Source of the DNA: Balamuthia mandrillaris
Taxonomy: Eukaryota
Direction of reading: 5' to 3'
Length of the DNA: 64,000 nt
Assembly (NCBI GenBank): GCA_031835245.2
Contig: JAVKOQ020000023.1
Span: forward strand, 248,001-312,000
Shown here one piece after another: positions 14,185 through 27,179 of the stretch. Each line of letters begins with the position of its first letter. The stretch's first letter is position 1. The notes under the pieces are model-generated. The model had not been told where the DNA came from. It ran no database searches and saw nothing but the letters and a program-made list of their open reading frames with translations. Position numbers and translations under genes: made by a program.

Positions 14185-16272
14185 ATGAAACCCTCTTCAT
14201 CTGCTACCTCTACTGGTAGCATGAAGAGCCTCCTTCGCAAAGCCGCTCAGGACAAGGACACCGCCCTGCTACTTCATGACCATCACCTGCAGGAGCTGCC
14301 CCCTCAGATCGGGACCGTCACTTCCCTCACCAAGCTGGACCTGACCTTTTGCCGCCTGACCACGCTGCCGCCGCAGGTGGGCAAGCTCTCCCAGCTGCAC
14401 AGCCTCACCGTCATGCATAACCGCCTGCGGCGCCTGCCTGGCAAGATGGGCAAGCTGCGCAGCCTACGGACTCTCAAGCTAGTACAAAACGTGCTAGTGG
14501 CTTTGCCACCTGAAATAGGGCAGCTCTCTCACCTCTCGGTCCTGCACTTGACTGGCAACAGGCTGGAGGGGCTTCCTCCTGAGATAGGCCGTCTCTCAGC
14601 CTCTCTCTCGTTTCTCAGCGTGGACAGCAACCGGCTGCAGTCTTTGCCCATGGAGATAGGCCTTCTGTCTTCTTTGCGGGTGTTGCAGCTGGAACACAAC
14701 CGCCTCACTGAGCTTCCTCCGACCATAGGCCTCCTCTCCAACCTTCATACTCTGGCCTTGTCCCATAACTTTCTTCGCCAACTACCTCCCGAGCTGGGCC
14801 GCCTTTCTGCTTGCCTCCGTACCTTGCTCCTCGCCGACAACTGCCTGCACTCCATTCCAAGCGAGCTCGGTCGGCTGACCTCCTTGAGAAAGCTCCTGTT
14901 GGGAGGCAATAAGCTTGTCTCTCTGCCATCAGAGCTGGGTCGGCTCTCTTCCTTGTTAGAACTGGACCTGTCTCGCAACCAGCTGACCTCTCTCCCAGCA
15001 ACTGGTCTTGGAGGCCTCTCCTCCCTCACTAGCCTCTCCCTCAAACGAAACCAGCTCTCAGGCTCCGCTGCTCTGCCCTCAGATATGACCCGTTTGACCT
15101 CTCTCACTCAGCTGAACCTCTCCGGCAATCGCCTTGATAATTTCCTGCCTCCTTTCCTCGCCGAGCAGCTCTCCCACCAGCTGACCGTGCTCTGCCTTTC
15201 CAACAATCAACTGACCTCATTACCTCCCGAGATCGGCCATCTCTCCACACTTTCCATCCTCCACCTGTCTCGCAATCGCTTAACCTCGCTCCCTCCGGAA
15301 ATAGGACTGCTCTCCTCCTTGGTCTTCCTTCACCTTCACCACAATCAACTGACCTCGTTGCCTCCCGAGATCGGCCTTCTCTCCTCCTCCTTGCAGCACC
15401 TCTCCCTCTCCCACAACCAACTGGGCCCCTCTCTCCCACCCCAACTCTGCCAACTCTCCTCCCTTCGCACTCTTCTCCTCTCTCACAACCGTTTGGAGAC
15501 ATTGCCAGAGGGAATGGGGCGAGGCATGTCCTCTCTCTCTTCCCTCAAATGCGACCACAACAGCCTCTCCAGGTTCCCCTCACAGCTGTTGGAGATTGTG
15601 CCATTGCAAAGCTTGGACCTGGCTCACAATCCTGCCATTCGAGTGAGGTTCCTGCCTTCATGCAAGATGGCCCATCGGCAGGTCTTCCGGAAGGTCTTCT
15701 TGGAGCAGGACGTGGGGTTCAGGCCCTTGACTGCCAGGCAGGTGGCCGCCAGGAACAAAAAGATGGAGGAAAGTTATTGCAAGAGGTATGGCGGAGGCGA
15801 TGGACCCATCCCTACTTTGCTGCATCTTTGCTTCAAGCGGTTGTTAAAGTTTGAAGTGGAAGAAGGAGAGGAGCTACAGGAAGAAGAGAAGCAGCATAAC
15901 AATAAGAACGAGCTGGACGAAGAGGATAATCACGCTGGAGAAAATGTGACAGCAGCTCCTGCGCCCGAACCAGAACCAGAACCAGAACAAGACGAGACAG
16001 GAGCGGAGGATCATCCCAACAGCAACGGCTTCTCCCTCTACTCTGCTTTGCCACACGATCTTCGGTGGCGTCTCAAAAGAGAGAGAAGGAAGTGCAGGGT
16101 GTGCGAGCAAACCTTTTTTGTGGAGGAGGGCAAGCCCACGCTCCACAAGTTTGTGTACCTCAAGGACGAGTCCTCCCTGTTCCGAGGCTACCCCGCCGTG
16201 CCCATCCGTGTGGACGAGCTCTGTTCTTTGGCTTGTTTTCGCTCTTTGGGTTCCTCCTCCTCCTCTTCTTAG
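14185..16272 (+). CDS. Leucine-rich repeat protein (about 19 LRRs) with a C-terminal BC-box/Zn-finger-like tail, single exon
   Basis: Repeated LxLxxNxLxxLPPEIGxLxxL; tail IPTLLHLCFKRLL...LPHDLRWRL...CRVC...LCSLAC. Confidence 0.9.
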   Translation: MKPSSSATSTGSMKSLLRKAAQDKDTALLLHDHHLQELPPQIGTVTSLTKLDLTFCRLTTLPPQVGKLSQLHSLTVMHNRLRRLPGKMGKLRSLRTLKLVQNVLVALPPEIGQLSHLSVLHLTGNRLEGLPPEIGRLSASLSFLSVDSNRLQSLPMEIGLLSSLRVLQLEHNRLTELPPTIGLLSNLHTLALSHNFLRQLPPELGRLSACLRTLLLADNCLHSIPSELGRLTSLRKLLLGGNKLVSLPSELGRLSSLLELDLSRNQLTSLPATGLGGLSSLTSLSLKRNQLSGSAALPSDMTRLTSLTQLNLSGNRLDNFLPPFLAEQLSHQLTVLCLSNNQLTSLPPEIGHLSTLSILHLSRNRLTSLPPEIGLLSSLVFLHLHHNQLTSLPPEIGLLSSSLQHLSLSHNQLGPSLPPQLCQLSSLRTLLLSHNRLETLPEGMGRGMSSLSSLKCDHNSLSRFPSQLLEIVPLQSLDLAHNPAIRVRFLPSCKMAHRQVFRKVFLEQDVGFRPLTARQVAARNKKMEESYCKRYGGGDGPIPTLLHLCFKRLLKFEVEEGEELQEEEKQHNNKNELDEEDNHAGENVTAAPAPEPEPEPEQDETGAEDHPNSNGFSLYSALPHDLRWRLKRERRKCRVCEQTFFVEEGKPTLHKFVYLKDESSLFRGYPAVPIRVDELCSLACFRSLGSSSSSS

Positions 16273-16298
16273 GTTCTCTCCTCCTTCTCCGCATGCAC

Positions 16299-16395
16299 GT
16301 CGACAAGAAAGAACTAAATAAAGGTTGCCGAAAACCGTGTCGACAATAAGATGCACATATTTGTCGACTTCATAATAAATGTCGATTGTGTCGAC
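16299..16395. promoter_or_regulatory. Cluster of four GTCGAC palindromes in the NAA10 promoter
   Basis: GTCGAC at 16299, 16339, 16363 and 16390, within about 230 bp of the NAA10 ATG; the motif recurs upstream of other genes. Confidence 0.55.
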
Positions 16396-16523
16396 AGATA
16401 ATACTATTACAGAGAGAGGACGGAAGAAGAGTGAGCGAGAGGGAGTGATTTTTATTTTGTTGAGAGGGGAGTGGGAGGAAAAAAGCTTCTGCGGAGGGGG
16501 AAGGAGCGGAATAGTTTAAAAAA

Positions 16524-17747
16524 ATGGTAAGCATTCAAAGAGCGACGATTCAGGACTTGATCGCCATCCAAACGGCGAACTTGTCTTGTCTTCCTGAGAA
16601 CTACCAGATGAAGTACTACCTTTACCACCTTCTCTCTTGGCCCCATCTTTCCTACATGGCCAAAGACCACAAAGGCCGCGTTGTCGGCTACGTCCTTGCT
16701 AAAATGTACAACACTCACAGATCTCTGCTTTTTTTCCCACTATTTTCATTTTATGTTCTTCTCACTCACTTTGATTTGTTGCGGTGAAATCAAAAAATAG
16801 GGAAGAAGAACCGGAAGATGAGCCGCATGGTCACATCACTTCCCTCGCCGTGATGAGTTCCCACAGAAAACTCGGCTTGGCCACCAAGCTCATGCTCCAA
16901 GCTGGTTTGTGTGATGTTTTTGCTTTCGCTCTCTGTTCTCTTCTCTTCGCATCACTCCCTTTTCCTCTCCTCTCGTTTCGCCTTCCTTAGCGTTTTTTTT
17001 GTTTGACGGCACACAGAACAAGCTATGAGAGACAACTATGACGCTGCCTACGTTTCCCTTCATGTGCGAAGGAGTAACGTGGCTGCCCTTAACCTCTATA
17101 CTCACACTCTTGGCTTTCGGTAACCACACTCCTCTCTCTCACTCTCTCACTCTCCCTCTCTCCCTCTTCTGTTGTTCGCTTCGTTGCTGCTCGAACCACT
17201 CTTTCTCTCATTATCTTCCTGTCTGCTTCTCACTCTTTTCTTTGCCTCTCTCTCTCTCTCTCTCTCTCTCCATACGCTCTCTCTAACCGCGGTTTCATTT
17301 TAAAGGGTGAGCAAAGTAGAAAAGGCATACTATGCTGACAACGAAGACGCCTTTGCTATGGAAAAGCAGCTACGCGAGCCTAAGAAAAGGGAGGAGAATG
17401 CGGCCGAGGCGGAGAAGACTCAAACCACTCTCACCAGACGCACAGCCAAGAAATGGAGAGGAAGACCAGAGATGTCAGGCCTGGAGGGCGGCAGTCGATT
17501 GGGTGGCCGAAAAGGAGCAGCAACAGCAACAACGAATGAAGATGGAGAAGGAGCAGATGAAAAACCAGGAGAAGACAAGACCGCAGCTGAAACGAAAGAG
17601 AACAAATCAGAAGGAGAAAAAGGAGAAGAAGGAGCTGCAGAAGAGAAAGATAAGGGCAAAGACGCAGAAGCAAGTTCGGCCGATGCCAAAAAACGCGCCA
17701 AGAACGCCGCCAGAAAGAAGAAGAGAAGAAAGGGAAAGGGAAAATAG
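16524..17747 (+). CDS. NAA10: N-alpha-acetyltransferase 10 (NatA catalytic subunit ARD1), multi-exon
   Basis: [78 protein letters not shown]; charged C-terminal tail. Confidence 0.95.
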
Positions 17748-17912
17748 GAGACTTAATGCACTAACTTATTCATAACTAATAAAGCAAAATTAGTAAAAGG
17801 AAAACAAAAAACAGAGACACAAAAAATAACGGATATGATCTTTGCGCCGCCTTTTCCCCCATTCTGTTAAAGTCGCATTATTATTTTCCTACTTTACTTC
17901 TATCTGTTTCGG

Positions 17913-20900
17913 TTATAGATTTGATTTGACTTTCGGTTTGGCGGAAGAAGAAGAAGAAGAGGATGAAGAAGAAAAGAAATAAGAGGCAGGAGTGGTGCCC
18001 ATCAGACGACGCCGCATTTTGATCCACATGTCTTCCGTATCAATGCCCGCTTTTATCAGCATCTTGTTGAGCTTATTCGGATAATGCACGCTCGTTAGCA
18101 ACAAGTTATAGTCCTCTGGTGCCATCGACACAGGTCTTCCCGCCAACTTATTCATCTCTCCCCCTTCCCCTTCTTCCTCTTCATCTTCGTCCTCTTCCTC
18201 TTCCTCTGCTTCGTTCTCTTCTTCGCTCTCTGCTTTCTCTTGGTTTTCTTCTTTCTTTGTTGTTGTAATGCTATTCTTGATACGATGCCGTAGAGCTAAA
18301 CGAGGATTCCATTCTCTCTTGCCGCTCTTTCCTCCTCCTCTTCTTCGGCGACGTTGACACAGACGAAGATAGCGTCGATTCTGTCGGGCCACTTCCCTGA
18401 ATCCAGCGAACAGATGTCCGAAATCGTGTTCCATCGAAGGGCGGAAAAATTCAGCGCTGAGGTGCTCTCTTGCCAGTCGCGTCCGCGTGGTTGTGGCCAC
18501 ATCGGCGTTATGTATGCTTGTTAGGAGCTCCGAGGAGTAGAATAAGCTCATGTTGTCAAGATTTGTGCTTCCAGAGAGCAGATACTCTCCATCTATAATT
18601 GCGATCTTTGAATGCACGTAGATTGATTTTACTGTGAAGCAGGGCTGGTGTTAAACAAGGAGAAAACAAGGAAGAAGAAGAAGAAGAGCAAGAGGGGATG
18701 GGTACTTTTTTGAGTGCGGTCATCCTGTCGTACAATACCATAAATACCAACCCGCTTTGGAGCTACGCGATAAATCAGGTGCAAGTGATCTATAACTGTT
18801 CCCAAAGAAGAAAGATATGGTGAGCAACGAACAAAGGAAATAGAATAAAGGGGTGTGGACTACTTTGATCCTGTGACCAGTCAAACCACTCTCCAACGAT
18901 GCCTCGGGGCAAGTCCGTTTTGACGGGGGTAACAACGATGAGTTGCAATGCTGGATTGTGTTTAAGGGCCTGGCACATGTAATATGTCAAGGCAAAGTTC
19001 TGAAAGGGATATTGATGTTCCATATAAATACTCCGTTTTGCGCCTTGAATAGCTTTGCAGTATTCGTCAAACAAGTAATGCCTGTTTACAAGAAGAAAGA
19101 AACGAAAGAGTGCTTTAATCATCAGAGAGCAGAGAAGAAAAAAAAAATGAAGGGAAAGTCAAACCCTTCGAAAACGCCATTCCAAACACGAGTTAAACGA
19201 ATATTGCAGTTGGTAAATTGCATCTTTTTGATTAACCTTTGATGACGGCGGTGCCGTTGACATGTTTGCTGTGAAAACAAGAAAAAGAATGGTCAACAAC
19301 AACACCCAAAACAAACATAATAACAAAAGAACAAACCGATGCTCGAATGATGTGAGTCTGAGCACGAGTTAAAGCAGCATCCCCAGTGAATGCATGTCGC
19401 CATCGCTGCGCAAAATGAAGTTGCAGCCGTTGAACAACAGGTCCACTGAGCATCATATGAGTGTCATGCCAAAGTATTCTTGTGTTCAGAAATGGTACTT
19501 CCACCTCTTCTTTATCCTCCTCAGCACAAGAATAATGATGCCTATGAAATAGATGATGAGTTTGTTGGTTGGAGGGAGAGAAGGAAGAAAATGACTTCTT
19601 CCTTTCTTCTTCGTCCTGTTCTTCTTGTGGATCTCTTTCTTCCTGTTCTCCTCTTTGTTTTTCTCGTTCTCTAAGTTCTTTTTCGGTTGGCTGTCCCATC
19701 AACTCTGAGATTAAATTGTGAGTGAAAGAAACTATGAAGAAAAAGATATCAAACATGCTTGCCTGTAACAGCAGCAGATGGTAATGCAGAAGGATGTGGG
19801 TGAGGATGGGCTGAAGCAATTGGGTTGAACTCTTCCCAAAATGGACGAGGAGGAGTGTGCGATGGTGTGTCGTACCGTCCTCTTGCCATATCAAAACCCT
19901 ACAATAGTATTTAGTTAGTGTATGTGTGAATGAGAGAGCGAGAGACACAGAGAGAAAGGAGAGAGAGAGAGAGAGAGAGAGAGGAAAGAGAGATTGTACG
20001 CCGGTGAAAGCAATTGCATGTTCAGGACATTGAGCATCAATGAGAACCAGCTTTTCGTGGTGGCAGGAGTAGAGCCCCTTTGGATTGCCCGCTATAATGA
20101 CAATCACATTTGCATCCGCTCCATCATATGGATTGGAGTATTCTGAATTACCGTCTGGCTGTGTTTACCAAGAGAAACAGAAAAGAAAACAGAGAATATT
20201 AGAAGGTAACAAAGACATAAATAGAGGTAAAATACAATAACGAATTTTAACGCACCATGTTCATGATGTCAAACACCTTGCAAATAAGGTTAAGCTTACG
20301 ACATCTTTTCTGCATCTTCGCGACCTCTCGTTCTATTGACACTTCGCCGAGATAAAGGAAACGATTTAGCCTTGATAAGATTTCGTGCCGCCAAACAATG
20401 ATGCGAACAACTACTCCTGCCAATGCTCGTGATAGCAGAACATCCTTTTTGTTCATATGTTTAGCACATCAACAAGATGCATAAAATGAAAGTATAAAGA
20501 TGATGAACCTCTAAGACAACCCATTTTGAGGAGAGAGGAAGAGTCAATGAAGGTAATGGAATTTTGGACTTGTGGGTGCGAATAAGCCCAAAACCTAAAG
20601 ATATTTCCCAAGCCAAAATGCTTATCGTATGTTGTGCTGCCATCATGCACTGTAGTATCAACGGTAACATTAAAGCTTGTACGATAAGAGAAAGATAAGG
20701 AACGAGGATCAGGATGTACCTCGTAGATTCTTTCGAAAGTTTCAACGCCATCAATTAAGACATCAACACTATTGCCGTGAGTTGTTTGACTAAATTGGGA
20801 GCTACGAACGCTGTTCGGCTCTGCCGGAATGACAGATGAAGAAGGTGATGATGATGATGGAGGATCTTCCACTGATTGTTCGGAGCGTTTCAATAACTCG

Positions 20901-22228
20901 CGTTGACGAATGTAGTTATCTCGAAAGTTAACGTAGTCCCATGCCGCTGAAGGCACTACATGCGTTCCTTGTTTTATTGCTGTTGTCGTGTGGACAGATG
21001 AAGGTGGCAGAGAGGAAGAGGTAAAAGAAGAGGAAGAAGAAGAGGTAGGGATTAAAGCATGGTACTCCTTCGTCAATGTAAAGACAATGACATAGGAACC
21101 GCCTTCAGGGGAAGAGAGCGTCAAAGTTTTTGTTTGCCGAGTTTGTGCAGGATCCATCATAAACAATTCTTCTTCCTCTGGCTCCGCGCCTTCGTCTGCT
21201 GGTGACTCTACAACTACCGATAAGAACACTCCATTTTGTTGTTGCCTAGTTTTTTCCAACATATTCACTTCTTCCTCGATTTGCTGCTTGAGCAACGTTT
21301 CTTCGTTAATCATAAAGTTGTTCCTTCTTTTCTGTTTTCTTTTTTTCTTTCCTTTGGTTTGTTGTGTCTGCGTTTCTTTGTTTTCCACAGACTGTTGTTG
21401 TTGTTGTTGTTGTTGCTGTTGCTGTTTGTTGTCTTCATCTTTGCCATCATCATCTTCGTAGTAAAGAGAGGAGGCCGCATCGATGTCGCTCAAATCGAGT
21501 GCCATCAACTTGGCCGTTTTGTTTTGGAGGTGTTCATCCAGGGGAGTGACAGTGATGGATCCTAACACATGGTCTGAGAGCCATCCGTTGATGAAAAATG
21601 TAATTACAAAATTGGATAGCGTTGAGAATGTACCTTTAGAGTGTGATTTTAAAATTAGTTTTTAGGCTTAGAAAAACACGAGGCAACAACAGAGAAGAAG
21701 AAAAGGAGAACATCACGGATAAGAGATCAACAAGACAAACAGAAGGGCGAATAGAAAGAACGGCATACAATTGTTGGAGGTGTGAATGGTTGCAACGTCA
21801 TTGGACCCAAAAGTGCCAAGGTGATACCGGTTAGTGGTCCCTGGCAATATACTATGTGTACTGGCGTTCAACTCTACCTATGATTGTTATCGCACACAAA
21901 AAATCTATCAACTTCCTTCTCTCTCCACGCCTATGAAAGCAAAGGAGTTGACATTTGGAGGAAAAAATACCTCAGCGTAGAGCGGATCTTTGCGAAGCAC
22001 GGAAGACACTTGGCCAAGGCATGATACTTCATTCAGTGCAAAGCCGTAGGTCACTTGCACTGGTGCCAGTGAATACTCCAACTTGTAGAGAGGGCCTCCT
22101 CTGCCGAATGGCAATACCTTTGCCACAGCAGAAACATCAGTACATTACATGAAACGAAGGAAAGAAACGAGAGGAGAGAAAGACGTTAAGAAAGAGGGAG
22201 CATTGATAAAACAAAGAGACAGAGAAAC

Positions 22229-22260
<32 letters not shown>

Positions 22261-22825
22261 AAGAAGAAGAAGAAGAAGAAGAAGAAGAAGAAGAAGAAGA
22301 AGAACAAGAAGAACAAGAAGAACAAGAAGAAGAACAAGAAGAAGAACAAGAAGAAGAACAAGAAGAACAAGAAAAGACAAACTTTTTTCTGAAAAGAAAG
22401 AGGTTCGCTGAGAAACTCGAACAACGTGTGTCGCCCGAGGTTGTTGTAGAGCAGGGTCTGGTCCCCAACGCCATAGCTAAGCTGCAGTATGACCGGAGTG
22501 GAGGTGAAGTGGACTATCGAGGAAAAACTCTTCTGTTTAGCTTTGGAGTAGCGGCCCACAAAATATCGTCTGCCATTGTTTGTTGCAAACAAGTTCTCGA
22601 GGTTAAGAAGAGGGAAGAGAGCAAGAGAGAAGAGAAGAAGAGAAGATAAAGAACGAATCGACAAGAAAGAAGGAAGAGACAAAAGGGAGTTACCACGAAC
22701 CGTTTGGGTTGGCCTTGACTCCAGATGTCCAAAAAGACGTTGCGGGAGGGAAACTTTGGGGTGTAGTGCGTAAAGGCCGAGTCGGTGCTCAGCGTCAAGC
22801 TCAGCACCTGCAGCTTGAACAGCAT
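17913..22825 (-). CDS. Phospholipase D family protein (two HKD motifs), multi-exon; 5' end approximate
   Basis: HEKLVLID and HSKIAIID...GSTNLD are HxK(x)4D motifs; GNSVDVLIDGVETFERIY, GVVVRIIVW, WHDTHMMLSGP, SIYMEHQYP. Upstream exons (21.6-22.8 kb) are assigned by strand and splice continuity only. Confidence 0.82.
22231..22375. repeat. (AAG)n/(AACAAG)n microsatellite in a PLD-locus intron
   Basis: Direct reading: gaagaagaa... grading into gaacaagaa units. Confidence 0.9.
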
Positions 22826-23155
22826 GGCTGGCTTTGTTGTTTTCTTTCTTTCCGCTGTTTTTCACGTCGACATGTAAGCTTTTCTTAAGTCGACAAAAAT
22901 TTCGTCCGATCGATCCTTAATCCCTGCATTCTTTTTTTTTGCAAATATATTTTTTTGTTTTTTACAGGTTTAAACCTTTACTGTTAAACCGTTGTATAAA
23001 ACGGCAACAGCAGCACACCTCCCAAAGTGAAAAAAATAAATAAAAAGCAATCTTTGTTTCAAAACTTGCAAAAATTCTTAAATTGTTTTTAAAAAAGCAA
23101 AGAAAAAACACATATGTGATTTTTCTTTGTGGCTTTCAACAAAAAAAATAGACGT

Positions 23156-23871
23156 TTAGTAGTAACCACCATCAGTGTTGCCACCATCGTACTCAGGCTC
23201 AGGGAAGCGGATGTTAGGGATCTCATACTCGTACTTGATGTCAGGGACCTCAACGTTGGGAATCTTGATGTTAGGCAGCTTGATATCATCAACCTGGATC
23301 TTGGGAAGCTTCAAGACGGGGCCAGTCACGGTGGGGATCTGGATGTTGGGAATGTCCACGTTCTCGAGAATAAGGTCCTCAAGGCAGATCTCTCTGGCGG
23401 GAATGGAAGGAATGACGATCTCCTCCAATTGGATCTCAGGGATTCTGATGGTAGGAAGCTGGATCTTAGGGAACTTGATTTCTGTTTCGTTAAAAAAGAG
23501 AGTTAGAGAAGCTCGAATGAGAGAGAGAGAGAGAGAGAGCGAGAGTTACCCGGAATGTAGATCTTGGGACCCTTCACGTTAGGCAGCTCCAACTCGCCCA
23601 TCTCAATCTCAGGGAAGTAGACGTCAGGGACTTTAAGGTCACCGGGGCAGATGTCAGGCACGGTCACGTCTTCAAGGGTGATGTCATCAAAGCAGATCTC
23701 AGGCATGTCAATGGTGTGCTCGTACTCCTGCCAGGTGATGTCAGGAGCGGTATAGTCGCCACCGCTGCTGCTGGAAGTATCACCTCCATCATATCCGTAT
23801 CGTTTGTTGGGAGCGGCAAAAGCAGCAGTGCAGCAGAGGGCCATCAAGGCGAGGGTGAGAAGAAGCTTCAT
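23156..23871 (-). CDS. Secreted 215-aa protein built of hydrophobic-x-hydrophobic-Pro-x pentapeptide repeats; 2 exons (intron 23482-23549)
   Basis: Signal peptide MKLLLTLALMALCCTAAFA, then KR, then IYIPE IKFPK IQLPT IRIPE ... IKLPN IKIPN VEVPD; the GT-AG intron joins both ORFs in frame. Confidence 0.8.
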
Positions 23872-24304
23872 TGTTTAGTAGTTGCTGTTGTTGCGGTGCT
23901 TGTTCAGAGGCTGGCTGCTTGTTTTTTGTTTGTTTGTTGTTTTGTTGTGATGATGATCGGACTGAATGAGCTCCTATTTAAATGTTTCGCTTCGACCTGC
24001 GCCACACGTTTCAAAATTAGTGGAACAAGGCGGGGTGCCCGATAAGCCGTTCGTTCCTCTTGAATCTTCGCGTGAAACCCGTGCGTTACATGCCCATATG
24101 CGTTTCCAGCCAATCAGAAATCAGAAATACGAGTTTTCCAGGAGATTTACAGGAAATAATGGCTATCTTTGGTTATCGCGTCGTTACAAAAAACAAGGCC
24201 AGTGAGAGCCCAACCAAGAAATTTGAACGAAAGCAAGAGGAGAGACCCCGAAAAGAAGAAGGAGAAGTGCGTTTCGCTTGTGCTTTATTTTTTTTGGCTG
24301 GGAT

Positions 24305-25551
24305 TTACAGGTAGCCTACAGTCTTGGTACAAGGTTAGAGTGGGAGAGGGAGAGGGAGAGAAGAGAAGAGAGAGGACAGAGAGAGAGAGAGAGAGAGAGA
24401 GCGAAAATGTACCTTATCATCAATGCGAATCCGTAACTTGGTTAGGTCTTCTTCTGCTCCTTCTTCCAATTTTTCTTCGTGGCCCGCAGAGTGATCATGC
24501 CCTGGCCGTGGGCGTGGTTGTCGTTCCATTTTCTTTCCTTTCACGGAAGAAGACGAAGCAGAGGAAGAGGCAGAAGAAGAGGAAGAAGTTGATGCGGAAG
24601 ACGAAGATGAAATAATGATACCAGCCATTGCACGAATGGATTGGAGGAGAAAGGAAGCATTATTTAACGATGAGTAAAACTCCCAATTCTTGAGGTAAAG
24701 TGCTTGCTCGGCGGTGGGATGCTCTCTGGCCAGGCTGGCTTGGCTGCGCCACCACAGCTCGTTGAGGCGAGGCGAAAGAGAGGAGTCAAAGGCCTCAGAG
24801 AAGAGTAGCATCGTTGGTAGAGAGAGAGGAAAACTGTTGGGCTGTTTGGCTCGTTGTAGTAATGCTTTTGGTAGACTGGCATACTCTTCCAACATCTGGG
24901 TATAGAGATTGAACCATAAGAGAAGATAAGAAAAAAGAAGAGAAGAGATAAGAGGAGAGAAGGGAAGAGAAAGTTACTGCTCTACAGTGTTTCGATTGAG
25001 AAAGAAAATAACGTTGCTGTGATGGCACATGCGCAGGAGCTTCGATCATGGCGATGGCTGGAGACATGAGCCCCATAGCATGCCACACCCTAACAAGGTT
25101 TGTTAAGCTAGAAAGCAAAAGAAACAAGACATAGCAACACAAACCGATTGAGGCCCATTGCTGACATTAGATAAGAACTATAGAGCAAATCATCAACCAA
25201 GTGCTTATGCCAATAATGCAGCCAACTGCCTTCATCCAGAGAAAACATATCAGCATGCATCCCATCGAGCAACACCACTCCTAATTTGTGTTTGTATTGT
25301 AAGGTGGTTTTTAGCGAGTGAAGAAAGCAGCAGAGAGAGAGAGCGAGAGAGAGCGAGAGAAGGATGAGTACCTCCCACTTGAGCAGTAAAATCAATGGCG
25401 AATTGTTCAGCAATATTAGCGCCAAGACCTCGCCCCACCAGTAGGAATGCTCCTGTTTCGCCTCCTTTCTTTAGCAATGTCTCCAATTCTTTCGCCTTTT
25501 TTTTTTTTTGTATTTTTGTCAAACATGAAGAAATGGAAGATAACTCAAACC

Positions 25552-25582
<31 letters not shown>

Positions 25583-26346
25583 ACCATTGTTGTCAGGGAG
25601 CGAGTATTCACAGGATGATATGAAGGAGCCGTTTGAGAGAAACCTAATCCATTGCGATCGTATGTACATGCACGCATTGTCGAGGAGAGTGATTCCACAG
25701 CGGACCAATGCTCGTTGTGGCTCATTCCTTCCCTTGGGATCTGAGCAAAACGAAAACATCCATTATTGTTTAGAAGGGAGGAGAAGACGAAGAAAGAAGA
25801 ACGAAGAGCGAAGAACGAAAAAGCAGTAGAGAGAAGAAGTTGAAGAAGGAGAAGGAGAAGGAGAAGAAGAAGAAGAACAAGAAGAAGAAGAACAAGAACA
25901 AGAAGAACAAGAAGAAGAGCAAGAAGGTATAAGCAGGAGAAGAACAGGAGAGACAAACCAGAACAACGGTAAGCGGCTTTTGGGCAGTGCGTGCTCCTTT
26001 GCAATACAAATGAAGCTACCATTAAAACAGATTTTAGCGTTCATCACAGAATCACAAAGAAGAATATGAAGAATGGCGAAAAAACCTTGTAGCCACCAAC
26101 GTCGAAGAGGTTACCAGGCGGTGAGGCCCAAGCGGCATGGCTGGCTTCGAGGGAGAGCATGGCTTGGTTGAAGCCAGCCAACGCCACCAGCAAAATCACG
26201 CAAGCCCAAACCAACGAGAGCGCTATGCTTGCGAAAAACGAAGCGGGACCATGTTCTCGTTGTTGTTGTTGTTGTTGCGGTTTTGGCGGTTCATGCTCCT
26301 GTGGATGTTGTGGTGGTTGGTCCAGCTCCTCCTCGTTTTCTTCCAT
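24305..26346 (-). CDS. Alpha/beta hydrolase-fold protein with an N-terminal transmembrane helix, multi-exon
   Basis: PPGNLFDVGGYK, RACTYDRNGLGFS, ELETLLKKGGETGAFLLVGRGLGA, VVLLDG; last exon KTVGYL*. Confidence 0.75.
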
Positions 26347-26521
26347 CTTTGCTTTCTTCTTTGCTCAGGTTTATTCGTGTCGTCATGATCATTAATTTAA
26401 AATTTGTATCACTGAGATTTCTTAAGTCTACAAAAATGCTCAAAAGATTTTATGACGACGTCATTCCAACATATCACGTCGTCATGAGTTTAAACCAAAA
26501 AAAAAAACCAAAGAGAGAGAG

Positions 26522-27134
26522 ATGAGAACGATCAGTTTGTTCGGCTCCCAGCAGCCGAAGAGTGTTTGGTTTGGCCTTGGCCACCTCCTGTCAGTCAGCT
26601 TCCTTGTCGTGGTGATCGTAGCAGGCGGCGTCGCTAACGCCGAATACCAGGAAGATTGTGTGGGGCTTGGCTTCACCAGCTCTCTCGTCTGTTCCTCCTG
26701 CGAAGAGCTGGCCAAGCACGTTGAAGATGCCGGTAAAACCCTTTCAAATCCTCTTTTTTTCGTATCTCTTTATTTTTTTCTTACTTTCTTTCTTTCAGAA
26801 TTGACGGCAGAGTGCAAGAGATGTTGCACGCCTGAAGTGCCGGATACTATTTTTGCTTCGGCCACGCTCACCATCAGCAAGAGCTTTTGGCGGTTCTACC
26901 CCCAATTGACCCAATGGATCAACGACAACGCTCATAGCTACCCCAACCTCGAAATACATGTTCGAACCAATCACTCTCTTCTCTCCTGTTCTCTCTCTCT
27001 TAGCTTCATCTCTTTCTCCCTTTTTCTGTTATCTGCGGCTCTTCTCACCTTTGCATCCAAACAGAAAACCTATGCCAGTAGAGTCCCGGCTCTAGACATG
27101 AAGAACGAAGACGGTGAAGTCGTCACCACCATCA

Positions 27135-27179
<45 letters not shown>

